Source of the DNA: a plasmid
Sequence record: NZ_CP090789.1
Strand: one strand, 5' to 3'
DNA: 64,000 nt
Shown here: positions 27,419-37,575 of the stretch, piece by piece
Layout: each line of letters starts with the position of its first letter
Numbering within the stretch: position 1 is the first letter of the stretch
Notes under the pieces: generated by a model
Databases searched by the model: none
What the model was told of the DNA's origin: nothing
What the model saw: the letters and a program-made list of their open reading frames with translations, nothing else
Made by a program: the position numbers and the translations under genes

Positions 27419-28513
27419 TTAAAGACGTTGATCGTCAAGCGTTGATTCGGACGTGAGGCGCGGCATCTTCAACAACTTCGCCTTGTAGCTAAACACGTCG
27501 CTCTCATCGATGTCGAATCGGCGCAGCCAATCATCGCTTTCGGCAGTCGTATCAAAGTATGGTGCGGCGGCCCCCATCAATCCGCGCTGCAAGCGCCACA
27601 CAGTCTTCGCTCGAATAGCCTTCAACGCATTGTTGAGGACCACGTAGTTCGCAGGTGCGACGGGCGGCCCCTTCCCTGACTCATCGGCTGCGCCACCGGG
27701 CTCGGGTTCGGGGCCGGCCTGAATCACGACCCCACCGTTCATGTCGTACAGCGCGAACCAGTCCGGCGGCAGTTCGCTTCGTAGCGCTGCGATCCCGCCC
27801 GCCTGCTCCAACAGCGACTTGTCCAGGCACGTGAGCCAAGAAACCGTTTTCAGTTTCGATCGCAGGTGCGTCGCGTTGAGCAGCGGATTGCCGACGTCGA
27901 GCGCCAGGTAGCGCCGGGCCAACCAGTATTCCGTCGGTGTGTTGGCCTCAGCTTCCGTCAGGCTCAGATTCACCGCGAATCCGGCATAGCCGTTGTAGGC
28001 GTTCAGCCGTTTCGCGAAGTCGACGAACAGCTGCTGGAACGCGCGAGGATGGGCGACCAGAAATGGCACAGGCACCGAGAAGGTCAGTGCGCTGGCGCCC
28101 CCTTCGGCCATCGCTTCCTCGTACTCCAGGATCCCGAACACGCGGAACTCCCACAGCCCTGCATCCTCAGCCTTTTCGCCGGAGGACAGGTAGGCCGTAA
28201 CGCCCGCGTCGCCGCGCGCGCGGAACGCCTTCGGGTCCACCTGCCCATCCTTCAGCTGCACGGGCATCCGGCCGTCCTGCGTGAGCCAGCGAAGGCGCGG
28301 TCCCGCGTAGGCCGCATACGCCGCGAAGCAGTTTGCAATCTCGCCCTGCACGGCTTCCTGATACGCGTTCGGAAAGAACAGCGCCGCGCGCACGACCATC
28401 GCTGCGCCGACGTAGTCGTGACGCTGCTTCGGCAGAAGCATGCCCCCTTTCAATAGGGCGTCAGTTTGGGCATTCTTCGCCCACTCGATCAGTGCTTGTT
28501 CGTCCATGGTCAT
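27419..28513 (-). CDS. Putative immunity protein for the upstream nuclease effector
   Basis: 364 aa from ATG 28513. This start overlaps the effector stop by 1 nt (the ORF track extends it to 28630). Its position directly after a PAAR-effector pair is the canonical immunity-gene slot. No family recognised. Confidence 0.5.
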   Translation of the reverse strand: MTMDEQALIEWAKNAQTDALLKGGMLLPKQRHDYVGAAMVVRAALFFPNAYQEAVQGEIANCFAAYAAYAGPRLRWLTQDGRMPVQLKDGQVDPKAFRARGDAGVTAYLSSGEKAEDAGLWEFRVFGILEYEEAMAEGGASALTFSVPVPFLVAHPRAFQQLFVDFAKRLNAYNGYAGFAVNLSLTEAEANTPTEYWLARRYLALDVGNPLLNATHLRSKLKTVSWLTCLDKSLLEQAGGIAALRSELPPDWFALYDMNGGVVIQAGPEPEPGGAADESGKGPPVAPANYVVLNNALKAIRAKTVWRLQRGLMGAAAPYFDTTAESDDWLRRFDIDESDVFSYKAKLLKMPRLTSESTLDDQRL

Positions 28514-29277
28514 CAGAATAGCGGAATCGGGCTCGGCGATGGGGCAGGCGCAGCTCCGTCGGGCGGCCGTGGGCCGAAGACGCTGCGTGAACGTTTCGTC
28601 GCGCCCTCGAGCTCGTCGAACGGGCTCCACGGGGCCGGCTTCGACGCGCCGTCTGTGGCATCTCTCGGCGCGGGCCCGAGTACCGGAAATTCGCTGGTCT
28701 TCTCCTGCTTTTTCCCGTCGTCGTCAGGGCACCCGCAATCCTCCGGCGTCAAAAGGACGGCAGCTGCATTGGGGCCGGCGATAAGTTCGTCTTGCCTTTG
28801 ATGCCGCGTTGAATACGAATCGCCCTTGAACTTCATTTCGACGACGGCGTCCAGATTGTCCTGGGTCGGCTCCTTCGCCGGATCCTTGACGATCACCACA
28901 TCGGGGATCCGCACGTTGCCGACGCCGCGCTCGTACTTTCCGACCCAGTTGTCCTCGATCCATTGAGGGAGCCAACCGTGCGTCTTGTTCGGCGTGCGCG
29001 GGCTCATGATCGGTGTGGGTGGACGAACCGTCATGAGGTACTTCACCTCGGGTTTGTAGATGCTGGTCTTAAAGTCCGGGTCGTCCTGCTTGAGCTTTGA
29101 GGCGACGCAGATCTGTCGAAGATCTTTGCCGTCCACCGACTGCGGCGGATTGTTCTTGCACGAGCACATCAGGCTGCACAGCTTCGCCTGATCTTTGGGC
29201 CGCAGCTTCGAAGTCAGGTAGACCCGACTGGTTTCGCCGTCGCCGGGCGCCGTTCCTCCGATCGACCACTTGCTCAC
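28513..29277 (-). CDS. PD-(D/E)xK-type nuclease-like toxin/effector following PAAR
   Basis: GTG start 29277 overlaps the PAAR stop as GTGA. The core IPDVVIVKD...DAVVEMKF fits a PD-(D/E)xK D...E.K nuclease motif. The C-terminus is Pro/Ala-rich. Confidence 0.5.
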   Translation of the reverse strand: MSKWSIGGTAPGDGETSRVYLTSKLRPKDQAKLCSLMCSCKNNPPQSVDGKDLRQICVASKLKQDDPDFKTSIYKPEVKYLMTVRPPTPIMSPRTPNKTHGWLPQWIEDNWVGKYERGVGNVRIPDVVIVKDPAKEPTQDNLDAVVEMKFKGDSYSTRHQRQDELIAGPNAAAVLLTPEDCGCPDDDGKKQEKTSEFPVLGPAPRDATDGASKPAPWSPFDELEGATKRSRSVFGPRPPDGAAPAPSPSPIPLF

Positions 29278-29804
29278 GCTTCGGCACTCCCGTCGCCGTG
29301 AAACGTAATCGACGCGGGCTCGGCAGACTCGTGCCACTGCGTGAAGCCTTGGGCGTCGGTCTGGCCGGAGATCATGGAGCCATCCGGCGCCTGGAACGAG
29401 TACGGGTGGTTGGGAACGGGGCTTCCCGTTTCGCTATTCAGGACTTGGAACCGGCCGCGGTACCTATCGGTCGCGCTCGGATCCTGTTGCGGGACAACGT
29501 TCTTTCCGCCGCCAATGCCGCCCGCAGCACCGGACACCTGCTCGACATGCGCAGAGCCTTGCGATGCGATCAGCGAGGCGCCGCACGCCGTCTTGTCCCC
29601 TTCGGTCGCCACCGGGCGGCCGCCGAAGGTCATGCTTCTCACCTTCACGTCGACGATCGGATAGACGCCACCGCATTTCGGACATGCCACCATGTCGCCG
29701 AGTAGTGCGACGGGTTTGCCGAACATCATGTTCGTTGATGTGCAGGCGAGTACACGTCCACCATGCGACGTCGTATCGCCTTCGCGAATAAACGCGTAGG
29801 TCAT
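29274..29804 (-). CDS. PAAR-domain protein (T6SS spike tip)
   Basis: 176 aa from ATG 29804 with a GAGG RBS. The motif TSHGGRV...ACPKCGG...DGD is typical of PAAR repeats with conserved Cys/His. No other T6SS core genes are present in the window. Confidence 0.8.
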   Translation of the reverse strand: MTYAFIREGDTTSHGGRVLACTSTNMMFGKPVALLGDMVACPKCGGVYPIVDVKVRSMTFGGRPVATEGDKTACGASLIASQGSAHVEQVSGAAGGIGGGKNVVPQQDPSATDRYRGRFQVLNSETGSPVPNHPYSFQAPDGSMISGQTDAQGFTQWHESAEPASITFHGDGSAEA

Positions 29805-30273
29805 AGCCAGCCCTCGGATTGTTATGTCGGACGAATTTAGCACCAATTCGCTACCGCACATCACCCTCGCCGGCTCGATCAACCGTCAAAGTTTGTTAGC
29901 TGCGCTCGAAAATTCGGTGCGGCGTCAAAACAATGAGAGCTGGCGTGGGTCGCGCTCTGGCACCGCCGGCGGACGCGTACCGCCCCCAACTTTGCGCATA
30001 CGCACGATCAGCGGCACGACTTTGTTGCTCACCGTGAGGGTGACCTCGAATGCAGTCAAATTTGGCGTATCGAACGTCGGCATCCGCTTCCAGATCGGTC
30101 GCCATTCTAGTTTTCGCATACGCGAGTGCAGCTGCTCCTTGCTCGGTCCCGGGACAGATGCCGCGACGAATTGCGCGAGCGGCGCTGGTACCCGCTCGGG
30201 AGGAAACGACTCCGGAAGTCCGAATGAAACAAGTTCAAGCGTCGCTGCCACGGTGCTCTCTCCCGATCGAAAG

Positions 30274-30708
30274 TCAAGAAATCAGTTCAAGATGCTTCGC
30301 GCCATTCGGCACGGCGTCGACAACCAAGCGCCTGTCAAAGGTCGCCAACTTGCCTTTGTGTGCGCGCGCGAGCGCGAGGAGGTAAGTGTCGGTCAGCTGA
30401 GCCGATGACAGCAAGCGCGTAGCATCGACGTGCTTTTCGTCGAGCAGGCTCACATCGTCCGACCAGAACGTGTGCCCGGTATGAGACCGTAGTTGTGCAA
30501 CAAGCGGCGCAACGGATGCCGGAGATCCCATCGTGTTCGGGTATTTCGGATTGCCGATAATTCGAAGCACGCCGTTTTCGGTGAGCGGGCACGTCGCCCA
30601 CGCGGAATGGCCTACCCGGCCAAACCACGCATGCGCCGGCTCGTGTTGAACGTGTGCCGGGTCGAGCAAAGCAATGAGTACGTTGACGTCGAGAAGGTAG
30701 GCCATCAA
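30274..30708 (-). CDS. vapC: PIN-domain toxin VapC
   Basis: The N-terminus MMAYLLDVNVLIAL has the PIN acidic residues. 144 aa. Its start overlaps the vapB stop. Confidence 0.8.
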   Translation of the reverse strand: MMAYLLDVNVLIALLDPAHVQHEPAHAWFGRVGHSAWATCPLTENGVLRIIGNPKYPNTMGSPASVAPLVAQLRSHTGHTFWSDDVSLLDEKHVDATRLLSSAQLTDTYLLALARAHKGKLATFDRRLVVDAVPNGAKHLELIS

Positions 30709-30932
30709 AGCGAGTCGTCGCGAAGTTGATTAACGGTATCAAGGGTGACCGGACGGGCCGTCGCGGAAACCGGCATCAACGGCAAGCCGTTTCGGCTCGA
30801 CTGGTTCGTTGTCCCGCGCTGCAGGGCCGCACGGGCGAGATCGGAAATGACCTTCCCGATACTCGTGCCGGGCTTTGCACGCTCCCGCGCGAAGGCAAGG
30901 ACGTCGTCGTCGATATCAATAGTGGTACGCAT
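30705..30932 (-). CDS. vapB: VapB antitoxin
   Basis: Small ORF beginning MRTTIDIDDDVLAFA, a typical VapB/AbrB-like antitoxin N-terminus, directly upstream of vapC. The upstream region carries a CATCA(A/G) low-complexity tract at 30960-31017. Confidence 0.65.
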   Translation of the reverse strand: MRTTIDIDDDVLAFARERAKPGTSIGKVISDLARAALQRGTTNQSSRNGLPLMPVSATARPVTLDTVNQLRDDSL

Positions 30933-31276
30933 ATGGCGCTCCTTATAAGCATCAAACATCACGCATCATCATTATAGCGACGCATCATCAAACATCAAGC
31001 ATCAAGCATCAAATGTGTTGTAAACGCTGCTGCCGGACGCTATACTGGCCGCGCACCTGAAACAACAGGCGCCGGGTTTGGCGACCCGAACGGTTAATGC
31101 GCACAGCCGCGTTCTGCGGCTTTTTTGTGCGGTATGCCTTTGCACGTCGGTTTCTATGGGCGGGCCTGGGTGGGGAGACCTTCGGGTCTGCCGGTGTTCA
31201 TTAGCCGCCGGTTCGCCAACCCCGCTCTGCGCCCGCTCACCCCGTTTGGCGACGGGAGCGGGTTGAAACCCTGCTA

Positions 31277-32491
31277 ATGAGGCCGCCCATGCACAGCCAT
31301 CCTTCCGTTGCGCGTATCGCGCCGCGCCTTACCCTCCCCCGCCTAATCGCATTGGCCCTCGCTCTAGGTGCCACTAGCACGTCCGCGTGGATCTCGATCG
31401 TCGCCGGTATTGAACGCGGCGGCACATCCGCCGAACGGATCGCGTGGGCCGCTGTTGCCCTCGTCGTCCTACTTGCCGCCCACCTTCTACCCGCCTTGAC
31501 GCGGGGCGAGCCGCTGCAGCTCAAATTGCCTGCGATGGCGCTCTGGTTGGTGTGCCTCGTTGGCACTGGCTACGGCCACGCGACGTTCTTCTTGTCGGCC
31601 CAGCAACACGCTGGTGCGCGGCGAGCAAGCGCAATCGAGACTGTCGAACCGAATGCGCCGACCCAAGCCGAGCTGGGCCGGCCGCGCGATGTCGTCGCAC
31701 GCGACCAAGCCCGAGTGACGCAATTACTCGCCAACGCGCGCGCCGAAAGCTGCGTGACCCGCTGCGCACAGCTGCGCGCTCGGCGGGAAGCGCTCGCGGC
31801 CCAGCTAACCGCGCTTGGCGTCGAGGCAGAAATGGCGCAGCGGCGCGAACAAGCAGCCGATCGCGTGGAAGCCGAGCGCCAGCTGACACGCGCCCGCAAG
31901 GATAAGGCTCGCATCGACCCGGTTACCTCACGGGTTGCCCAGCTTTTCGCCCTCTCCCGCGATGGTGTCGATCTCGCGATCGCGCTGCTGTTCGGGCTGC
32001 TGCTCGAGTGCGTCGCGTGCCTTGGCTGGCTGCAAGGCTTGCCTCGGCGCGTGGACGCTCCGGTGGGCGGCCTTGATCCTGCAGGTCGAGATGAGCCGCG
32101 GAGCGGCCCTCGTCACGGCTCTTCCCACGACTACCGGCCCACCGAGCAACCAGTCACCGACGTCGCGGCTGTAGAGAGCACGCCTGTCATGCAGACGCAG
32201 GAGGCGCTCGCCCCACTCGAATCGACGGTCGATCGCTTGGCGGCACTACCCGCGATCGACGCTGACGTGCTCAGGCTCGCAAACGCGATAGCCGCCGGCC
32301 ACGTCCGGGCGACGGTGGCCGACATTCGTCGCTACATGCGCTGTTCTCAGGCCCGAGCGTCGCACCTGCGTCGCCGCGTGCTGTCGCTGGCCGACATCGA
32401 CACGCCGGCCGTCATCGACCGCGAAGCCGTCGACACGGTCACACCGTCAAGGCCGCGTCTGGTGCATTCGCTGCCGGCGCGCGTCGCATAG
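31277..32491 (+). CDS. Hypothetical polytopic membrane protein with a coiled-coil/acidic cytoplasmic segment
   Basis: 404 aa with several hydrophobic helices at the N-terminus and again at aa ~210-240. No family recognised. Confidence 0.45.
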   Translation: MRPPMHSHPSVARIAPRLTLPRLIALALALGATSTSAWISIVAGIERGGTSAERIAWAAVALVVLLAAHLLPALTRGEPLQLKLPAMALWLVCLVGTGYGHATFFLSAQQHAGARRASAIETVEPNAPTQAELGRPRDVVARDQARVTQLLANARAESCVTRCAQLRARREALAAQLTALGVEAEMAQRREQAADRVEAERQLTRARKDKARIDPVTSRVAQLFALSRDGVDLAIALLFGLLLECVACLGWLQGLPRRVDAPVGGLDPAGRDEPRSGPRHGSSHDYRPTEQPVTDVAAVESTPVMQTQEALAPLESTVDRLAALPAIDADVLRLANAIAAGHVRATVADIRRYMRCSQARASHLRRRVLSLADIDTPAVIDREAVDTVTPSRPRLVHSLPARVA

Positions 32492-32590
32492 ACCGCCCGA
32501 ACCACCCGGCTCGGTACCGGCACGCCTCAAGTTTTCTCGAAGGCGTGCCGATGAACAGTTTCTACACACAAATACAGAGGAAACGCCAAA

Positions 32591-33142
32591 ATGCGGAAAA
32601 CCTTGCTCGTCGCGGCCGCCATCGGCTCGTTCAGTTCCTTCGCACTCGCGAGCTCGCCTGCCGCGGCCCCGGACACCGTTCATGTGAAGCTCGAAGTGAA
32701 GTCCAACCTCTACGGCTCATTCACTGAGGAGCGCGACGTCCCGGTCGGCCAGCCGAGCGTGTTTGAGCGCACCAGCGGCGAGCATAAGCGCGTTGACTAC
32801 AGCGGCCCGTGCAAAGTCGATCTGCCGGTCGGCATGCCTGCGACGATTCTCGATCGCACCCGGATCGTAGTCGCGCCGTTCGGTGGTCCCGACGACGGCA
32901 AGATTTTCGCGCAAACCAGCATAGAGGCATCGAAGTTCACGGGCCGGCGCGAAACCGAAGTCAAGAATTGCGGTACCGTCGCGTTCGGTAACAGCACCCA
33001 TGCAGAGTTCGGCAACACCTGGCGCTATCGACTCGGCCACGCCGAAACGGTCTACCAGGCTGACGAGTCACCGATGACCGCCGCGGCACACAACCTGATC
33101 GTCAAGCTGACCTTCACGCCGGCGGCGTCTAAGGCCGACTGA
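32591..33142 (+). CDS. Secreted hypothetical protein with a signal peptide
   Basis: N-terminal MRKTLLVAAAIGSFSSFALA signal sequence. 183 aa. Confidence 0.5.
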   Translation: MRKTLLVAAAIGSFSSFALASSPAAAPDTVHVKLEVKSNLYGSFTEERDVPVGQPSVFERTSGEHKRVDYSGPCKVDLPVGMPATILDRTRIVVAPFGGPDDGKIFAQTSIEASKFTGRRETEVKNCGTVAFGNSTHAEFGNTWRYRLGHAETVYQADESPMTAAAHNLIVKLTFTPAASKAD

Positions 33143-33449
33143 CGCGAACCGCGCGATCGCTAGCGATGCCCGCCGCTCTCCGGCGGGCATCGCAGCTAAC
33201 GGAAAGCACTTTGAACGTGATGCTAGCAGCACGAAGACCGGTGCGTTCAGCCACTCGCGGCCACGTGTATTCGGCGGGTTATCCGCCTTGGTGATCAGGG
33301 GTCCGCCACGCTCACGGGCTGCCACACGAGGCGTCGACCGCTCGACACGGCCCCGCGCGGAACGGCGCAGGACGGACACTGAATCGTCGTCACCCCGATA
33401 ACGACCCAGCGAAATTGGCGGGTGTCGGCATCCGGCAGATGAGCGGGTG

Positions 33450-34160
33450 CTAGGAGCGCTCCAACGCATCTGCAAATTCGTCCCAAAACCTGATCGTCGA
33501 CGCACCGTATGCCTTGATGTCCCCCACGGTTAGATACAGGTCTTCACCCGACATGGGCCGGTATACGCTCGGGGTGACACGGAACGGCATCGCAGCAAGC
33601 TGTCCATTCATTCGGGTGGGGTCGAAAAAATCGGGCCGTTGCGCCTTCAGGATATCGGCCGACTCGCCATCGGCATGCTTCACGGTGTTCGCGACTACAC
33701 GCAATTGGTCGATGTCCGACCAGGTCGAAAGTTGGGAAAGGTCGATCCCTGTTGCAGCAAGCCGCTTTCTCAGCACGGACAGCTTCAAGAGCGCATTGCT
33801 GTGCTCTTCGGTCGGATCCAGCATTTCCTTCCGGTGAAACGCCAGCAGTTGCTGCTCCCACGTGTGGTAGAGCATTGGGGCAAACGAATTGACGAGTGCC
33901 TGCCGGATCGCATCCATGCCGGCATAGTAGTCAAAGCCCGCTTCGAACGCCGCTTGTGCAAGCATCGATTCGTCGGCAGCATCGTGCTCGATTGGCATCG
34001 ATACCAGGTCTTGGTAGGTCTGCTCTCGAAGCGCCGTCGCTTCAGCCTCGATACCGTCGAAGGACGGGAGCAGGCGCTCCTCGAGCACCTGCAAGGTTCG
34101 CTCGAGATGTGGTTTGAAGCTCGTCCTGAAGTATCCGCGCCAAAAATTCGCGTTGTGCAT
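33450..34160 (-). CDS. Hypothetical protein (start probably at MHNANFW, position 34160)
   Basis: ORF with moderate-GC codon usage. No domain recognised. Confidence 0.35.
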   Translation of the reverse strand: MHNANFWRGYFRTSFKPHLERTLQVLEERLLPSFDGIEAEATALREQTYQDLVSMPIEHDAADESMLAQAAFEAGFDYYAGMDAIRQALVNSFAPMLYHTWEQQLLAFHRKEMLDPTEEHSNALLKLSVLRKRLAATGIDLSQLSTWSDIDQLRVVANTVKHADGESADILKAQRPDFFDPTRMNGQLAAMPFRVTPSVYRPMSGEDLYLTVGDIKAYGASTIRFWDEFADALERS

Positions 34161-34206
34161 ATCACCGTTCTCTTCTTGCTTCGCAACGTGTCGCCCAGGA
34201 TTGCTA

Positions 34207-36039
34207 CTACGACTGCATGAGGCGTGCATGGTATTTCGCGATTTCTGCGCGGCGGCGCTTTTCCTCTGCGGTCACGTAGACCGACGTCGTCTGCAGTGAC
34301 GCGTGGCCGAGCAACTGCTGGACGACGTCGAGCGGCACATCGGTGGCCACCGACTGCGTGCCGAACGTATGGCGGAACGCGTGCGGCGACAAGCCCGCCA
34401 GCCGCCGGCGTTCCGGCTCGGTCAGATCCGGCACCGTCTCGAGCAGCTGCTCGACCGCCCATTGCACCAACCCGCGCGCGCCCCGCACTGAGTACCCGAC
34501 CGTCGCCTTTATCGCTGTGCCGTCGCCGTCCTCGCGCGCGAACTTCTCGTACGCCCGCGGCGTGCGCGGAATCACCAGTGGCGCGACCAGGGCCAAGGCC
34601 GGCTCCGCCGCGTCGTCCGGCGCGTCGAAATCCAGTCCACGATCCTGCCAGTGCGCCCGGAGCGCGTCGACGCACGAGCGGCTGATCGGCACGACCCGCT
34701 CCTTTTTCCGCTTGCCGATCACGCGCAACTCCCAGGTTGCCGGAATCTCGCCGTCGGCCGGATGCCACTCCAGCGCATCACGGGCGGCACTCACCGCCTC
34801 GGCGATGCGCAGGCCCGCGTCCCCCATCAGCAGCAGCAGCGCGCGCGCTGCACGCCAGCGGGACGCGTTCGGTCCCGATCCTTCGCTCCTGTCGGCCAGC
34901 ACGGCACGCGCCCGCGTCCACAAGTCGAACGGTAAGGCGCGACCGACCTGCAGGCGCTTCGCGCGCTGGATCGGCTTCGGATCGACCACGGCCGACCACG
35001 GATTACCCGCGAGGTAGCGCACCTGCACCAGCCATTCGAACGCCGCGCGGATTGCCCGGATCGCGTACCGCTGGCTGTCGAGTGACAGGCCAGCCGGTGT
35101 GAACGGGCGCCAGCGACCTGAGGCCCGCGACACGGCGGGACCGGTGAATGCCGCCGACGGCGCGGCGAGAAACGCCTTGTACGCCTCGCAATCGTCGACC
35201 AGCAGCGCCGACAACGCGACGCCGCGCTCGACGACGGCCCACAGCACCAACCGCTCAAGCTCCCGCCGGTACGCGCGCTGCGTCGCTTCCTGGCCAGCGT
35301 AGCGGCTCAGGTAGGCGCGCACTGCCGCGAGATCGTGCGACGCCTTGATATAGGGAAACAGCGGTGAGCGGTTGGCACCGCTTGCCCCCGACAACGGGTG
35401 CGGCACCGCCATCCGCTCCAGCGGCACCAACTGGCCGCGCACCGGCTCGATCGCCTGGCCGACGTCGGCCAGCGGTTCGGCCGTGTCGACATCGACGTCG
35501 ACCGACAGACCGATCGTCACGGCGTGTCGGCGCAACCACGCGACCACCACGCGCGCCCGGCCAGCGCCCACGCGCGGCACCGAGCGCCACCAGCTGCCGC
35601 CGCGTCGATTGCAGAGTGCGACGAGCTCGCCGATCGTCACAACGCCCTCGCCGGCCAGGCGCTGCGCTACCAACGGGCGAAGCCAGCGGCTCACCGGGTG
35701 ATCGGCTGCCGGCGCCGCAGTCGCCCACGCGCCGGCCACCTGCTCGATCATCTGCAGGGACACGGGCGTCAGGCGCGGCTCGCCGTACTTCGTGATCGCC
35801 GCCTGCAGATGCGCGACGAGCACCGACGAGCCCTGCTGAAGCGCGTGTGCGATCAGGTCGTCACGCATCGTGCGCAGCAGCCGTTCGACCTCGAGCGGTT
35901 CGGTGGTGTCGGTGTCGAAGTAGAGCCGCGCGATCGTCGCGATCGGCAAGCCTTTCACGCGTGCGCGTAGCGCCGTGAATTCGGTGCGGCTATAGGTGCG
36001 CAGCGGGGGCAGCGTCAGCTGCTGAGGTCGGTTTGCCAT
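34207..36039 (-). CDS. Tyrosine recombinase/integrase (610 aa) with an extended N-terminal region
   Basis: The C-terminal catalytic block ...HAFRHTFGT...LLGHASLQTTSVYV carries the R-H-R-Y family residues. The long N-terminus is typical of island/plasmid integrases. Confidence 0.85.
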   Translation of the reverse strand: MANRPQQLTLPPLRTYSRTEFTALRARVKGLPIATIARLYFDTDTTEPLEVERLLRTMRDDLIAHALQQGSSVLVAHLQAAITKYGEPRLTPVSLQMIEQVAGAWATAAPAADHPVSRWLRPLVAQRLAGEGVVTIGELVALCNRRGGSWWRSVPRVGAGRARVVVAWLRRHAVTIGLSVDVDVDTAEPLADVGQAIEPVRGQLVPLERMAVPHPLSGASGANRSPLFPYIKASHDLAAVRAYLSRYAGQEATQRAYRRELERLVLWAVVERGVALSALLVDDCEAYKAFLAAPSAAFTGPAVSRASGRWRPFTPAGLSLDSQRYAIRAIRAAFEWLVQVRYLAGNPWSAVVDPKPIQRAKRLQVGRALPFDLWTRARAVLADRSEGSGPNASRWRAARALLLLMGDAGLRIAEAVSAARDALEWHPADGEIPATWELRVIGKRKKERVVPISRSCVDALRAHWQDRGLDFDAPDDAAEPALALVAPLVIPRTPRAYEKFAREDGDGTAIKATVGYSVRGARGLVQWAVEQLLETVPDLTEPERRRLAGLSPHAFRHTFGTQSVATDVPLDVVQQLLGHASLQTTSVYVTAEEKRRRAEIAKYHARLMQS

Positions 36040-36071
36040 CGATCAGGCAGCAAGGCCGGGGTGACGTTCCG

Positions 36072-36365
36072 TCATTGGAGCACTCCTTTTTCGATCAACC
36101 AGTTCCATTGCGCATGCAGGAGATCTCGAAGTTCGTCGTCATGCAGCTCGATGTATGTGCGAACGATGAACGACTGAAGGTGTTGAAGCGGCGTCAAGCC
36201 ATTAGCATCGCCTACCGCCGTCTCGCCATTTCGAACGGCACTGAGGACCATGTCCACACCATCGCGAAACGAGTCGATGGTGACCCGATCGTGCGCGTCC
36301 AGCGGCATCAACCGGCTGCAGCTGACGATGTACTCGCGAACGTGTCGGATCTCTGGAAAGGTCAT
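36072..36365 (-). CDS. Small hypothetical protein (97 aa), last gene of the Abi-like operon
   Basis: Overlaps the stop of the upstream gene by 4 nt. Confidence 0.35.
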   Translation of the reverse strand: MTFPEIRHVREYIVSCSRLMPLDAHDRVTIDSFRDGVDMVLSAVRNGETAVGDANGLTPLQHLQSFIVRTYIELHDDELRDLLHAQWNWLIEKGVLQ

Positions 36366-37300
36366 TGCACGGCCTTCGGCGACACTTGGCCGTCACCGTT
36401 CTTGTGCCGATCGATCAGGAAAATTGCGGCGGCCGCGCAGGTGTTCTTTGCCAACATGCCGAACGCCGCATCGAGGGGGGCGAAGTGGCTGGTCGCGCCG
36501 TGCGCGGTGCCGAAGTGCGTGCGCAGTGCAGCCGCCCCGCCACAAATGGACGCGACGCCTCCGAGCAGCTGCTTCAGATCCGGCTGCAATTCCGGTAGAG
36601 CCGGCAAGCCTAGGTTGCTCAGGCACTCCTTGAGCAGCGGCGATAGCGACTTATCCTTGGGAAGTGCAACGCCGCGCTCCCTCAGGATCGCGGCGCACAC
36701 CGACTCCAGCATTCGCGTTGAACGCGTGAGCGCGTCCGCCGTTTCCACATGCGTGGCGTCGAGCGCGTCTTGCCAGTTCTTCGCCACGGCATCGCTGTTC
36801 AGCGCCGCCAGGCTTGCCGTCATCTGGTCGTTGATTTCGCTCGAATCGGCCGAGAGTATGCTGTCGAGTGCCGCATGTGACTGATCGGCATACCCCTTCC
36901 GCTTATTCAATTCGGCACCGAGATTGGCGAGTAGCGATTGCAGCGGCTCTATCGCCAGCACGCGGTCGAGCCACAACTGCGAACAGTTGGCGATCGGCTT
37001 CCGATGGTAGGAGCGCTCCTCTTCGGCAAGACCCATCGCGTCGTCCGACATGTCCTCATCCGAATGGCGGTAGAGCACAAGGAGCTCTTCGCCGTTGTAG
37101 CACAGTCGGCCATAAACACCTTCGCCTGGCGCGTCGTACTTGAGCATCGTGTCATTGCCGGTGACGTAAATCTGTCCGTCACCGAACGCGGCGTTCAGGT
37201 CGGCCTCCAACTGCTTGGCCTTCGTGAAGAGCCCGGCTCGGCTCGCCTGAGTCTCTTGGTGCAGGGCGGCCAGCGCCTTGATCGAATTTTCGGACGTCAT
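36362..37300 (-). CDS. Abi_C-like (abortive infection C-terminal domain) protein
   Basis: About 312 aa from ATG ~37300. The ORF-track extension to 37579 is Arg-rich GC-frame sequence. The C-terminal motif LRTHFGTAHGATSHFAPLDAAFGMLAKNTC resembles the Abi_C signature. Confidence 0.5.
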   Translation of the reverse strand: MTSENSIKALAALHQETQASRAGLFTKAKQLEADLNAAFGDGQIYVTGNDTMLKYDAPGEGVYGRLCYNGEELLVLYRHSDEDMSDDAMGLAEEERSYHRKPIANCSQLWLDRVLAIEPLQSLLANLGAELNKRKGYADQSHAALDSILSADSSEINDQMTASLAALNSDAVAKNWQDALDATHVETADALTRSTRMLESVCAAILRERGVALPKDKSLSPLLKECLSNLGLPALPELQPDLKQLLGGVASICGGAAALRTHFGTAHGATSHFAPLDAAFGMLAKNTCAAAAIFLIDRHKNGDGQVSPKAVQ

Positions 37301-37551
37301 CAGGCGGTCACCGTCCGTTTCGCATAGGCCAGCGCCTCGAATCGGGCGCGGTCGCCACGCACGCGGGTCGGATCGACTGCGTCGATCGTCGTGACGAGCG
37401 CATCCCACAGCGCCAGTGCGCCGCGTGCTTCGCCCATTGCAAGTCCGAGGCCGTAGGTTCCGATCTCGCACGCAGCCGCGCGTTGCGTCGCGTCGCGGAT
37501 CTCGCGCTCGGCGCGGTTCGTGAGGGTTTCGTAAATCAAGGTCATCTTCAA
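37300..37551 (-). CDS. Small hypothetical protein (83 aa, TTG start), stop overlapping the Abi-like start
   Basis: Translationally coupled arrangement. No domain recognised. Confidence 0.3.
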   Translation of the reverse strand: MKMTLIYETLTNRAEREIRDATQRAAACEIGTYGLGLAMGEARGALALWDALVTTIDAVDPTRVRGDRARFEALAYAKRTVTA

Positions 37552-37575
37552 GGGTTCTTGTGAATGGGAATGCGG

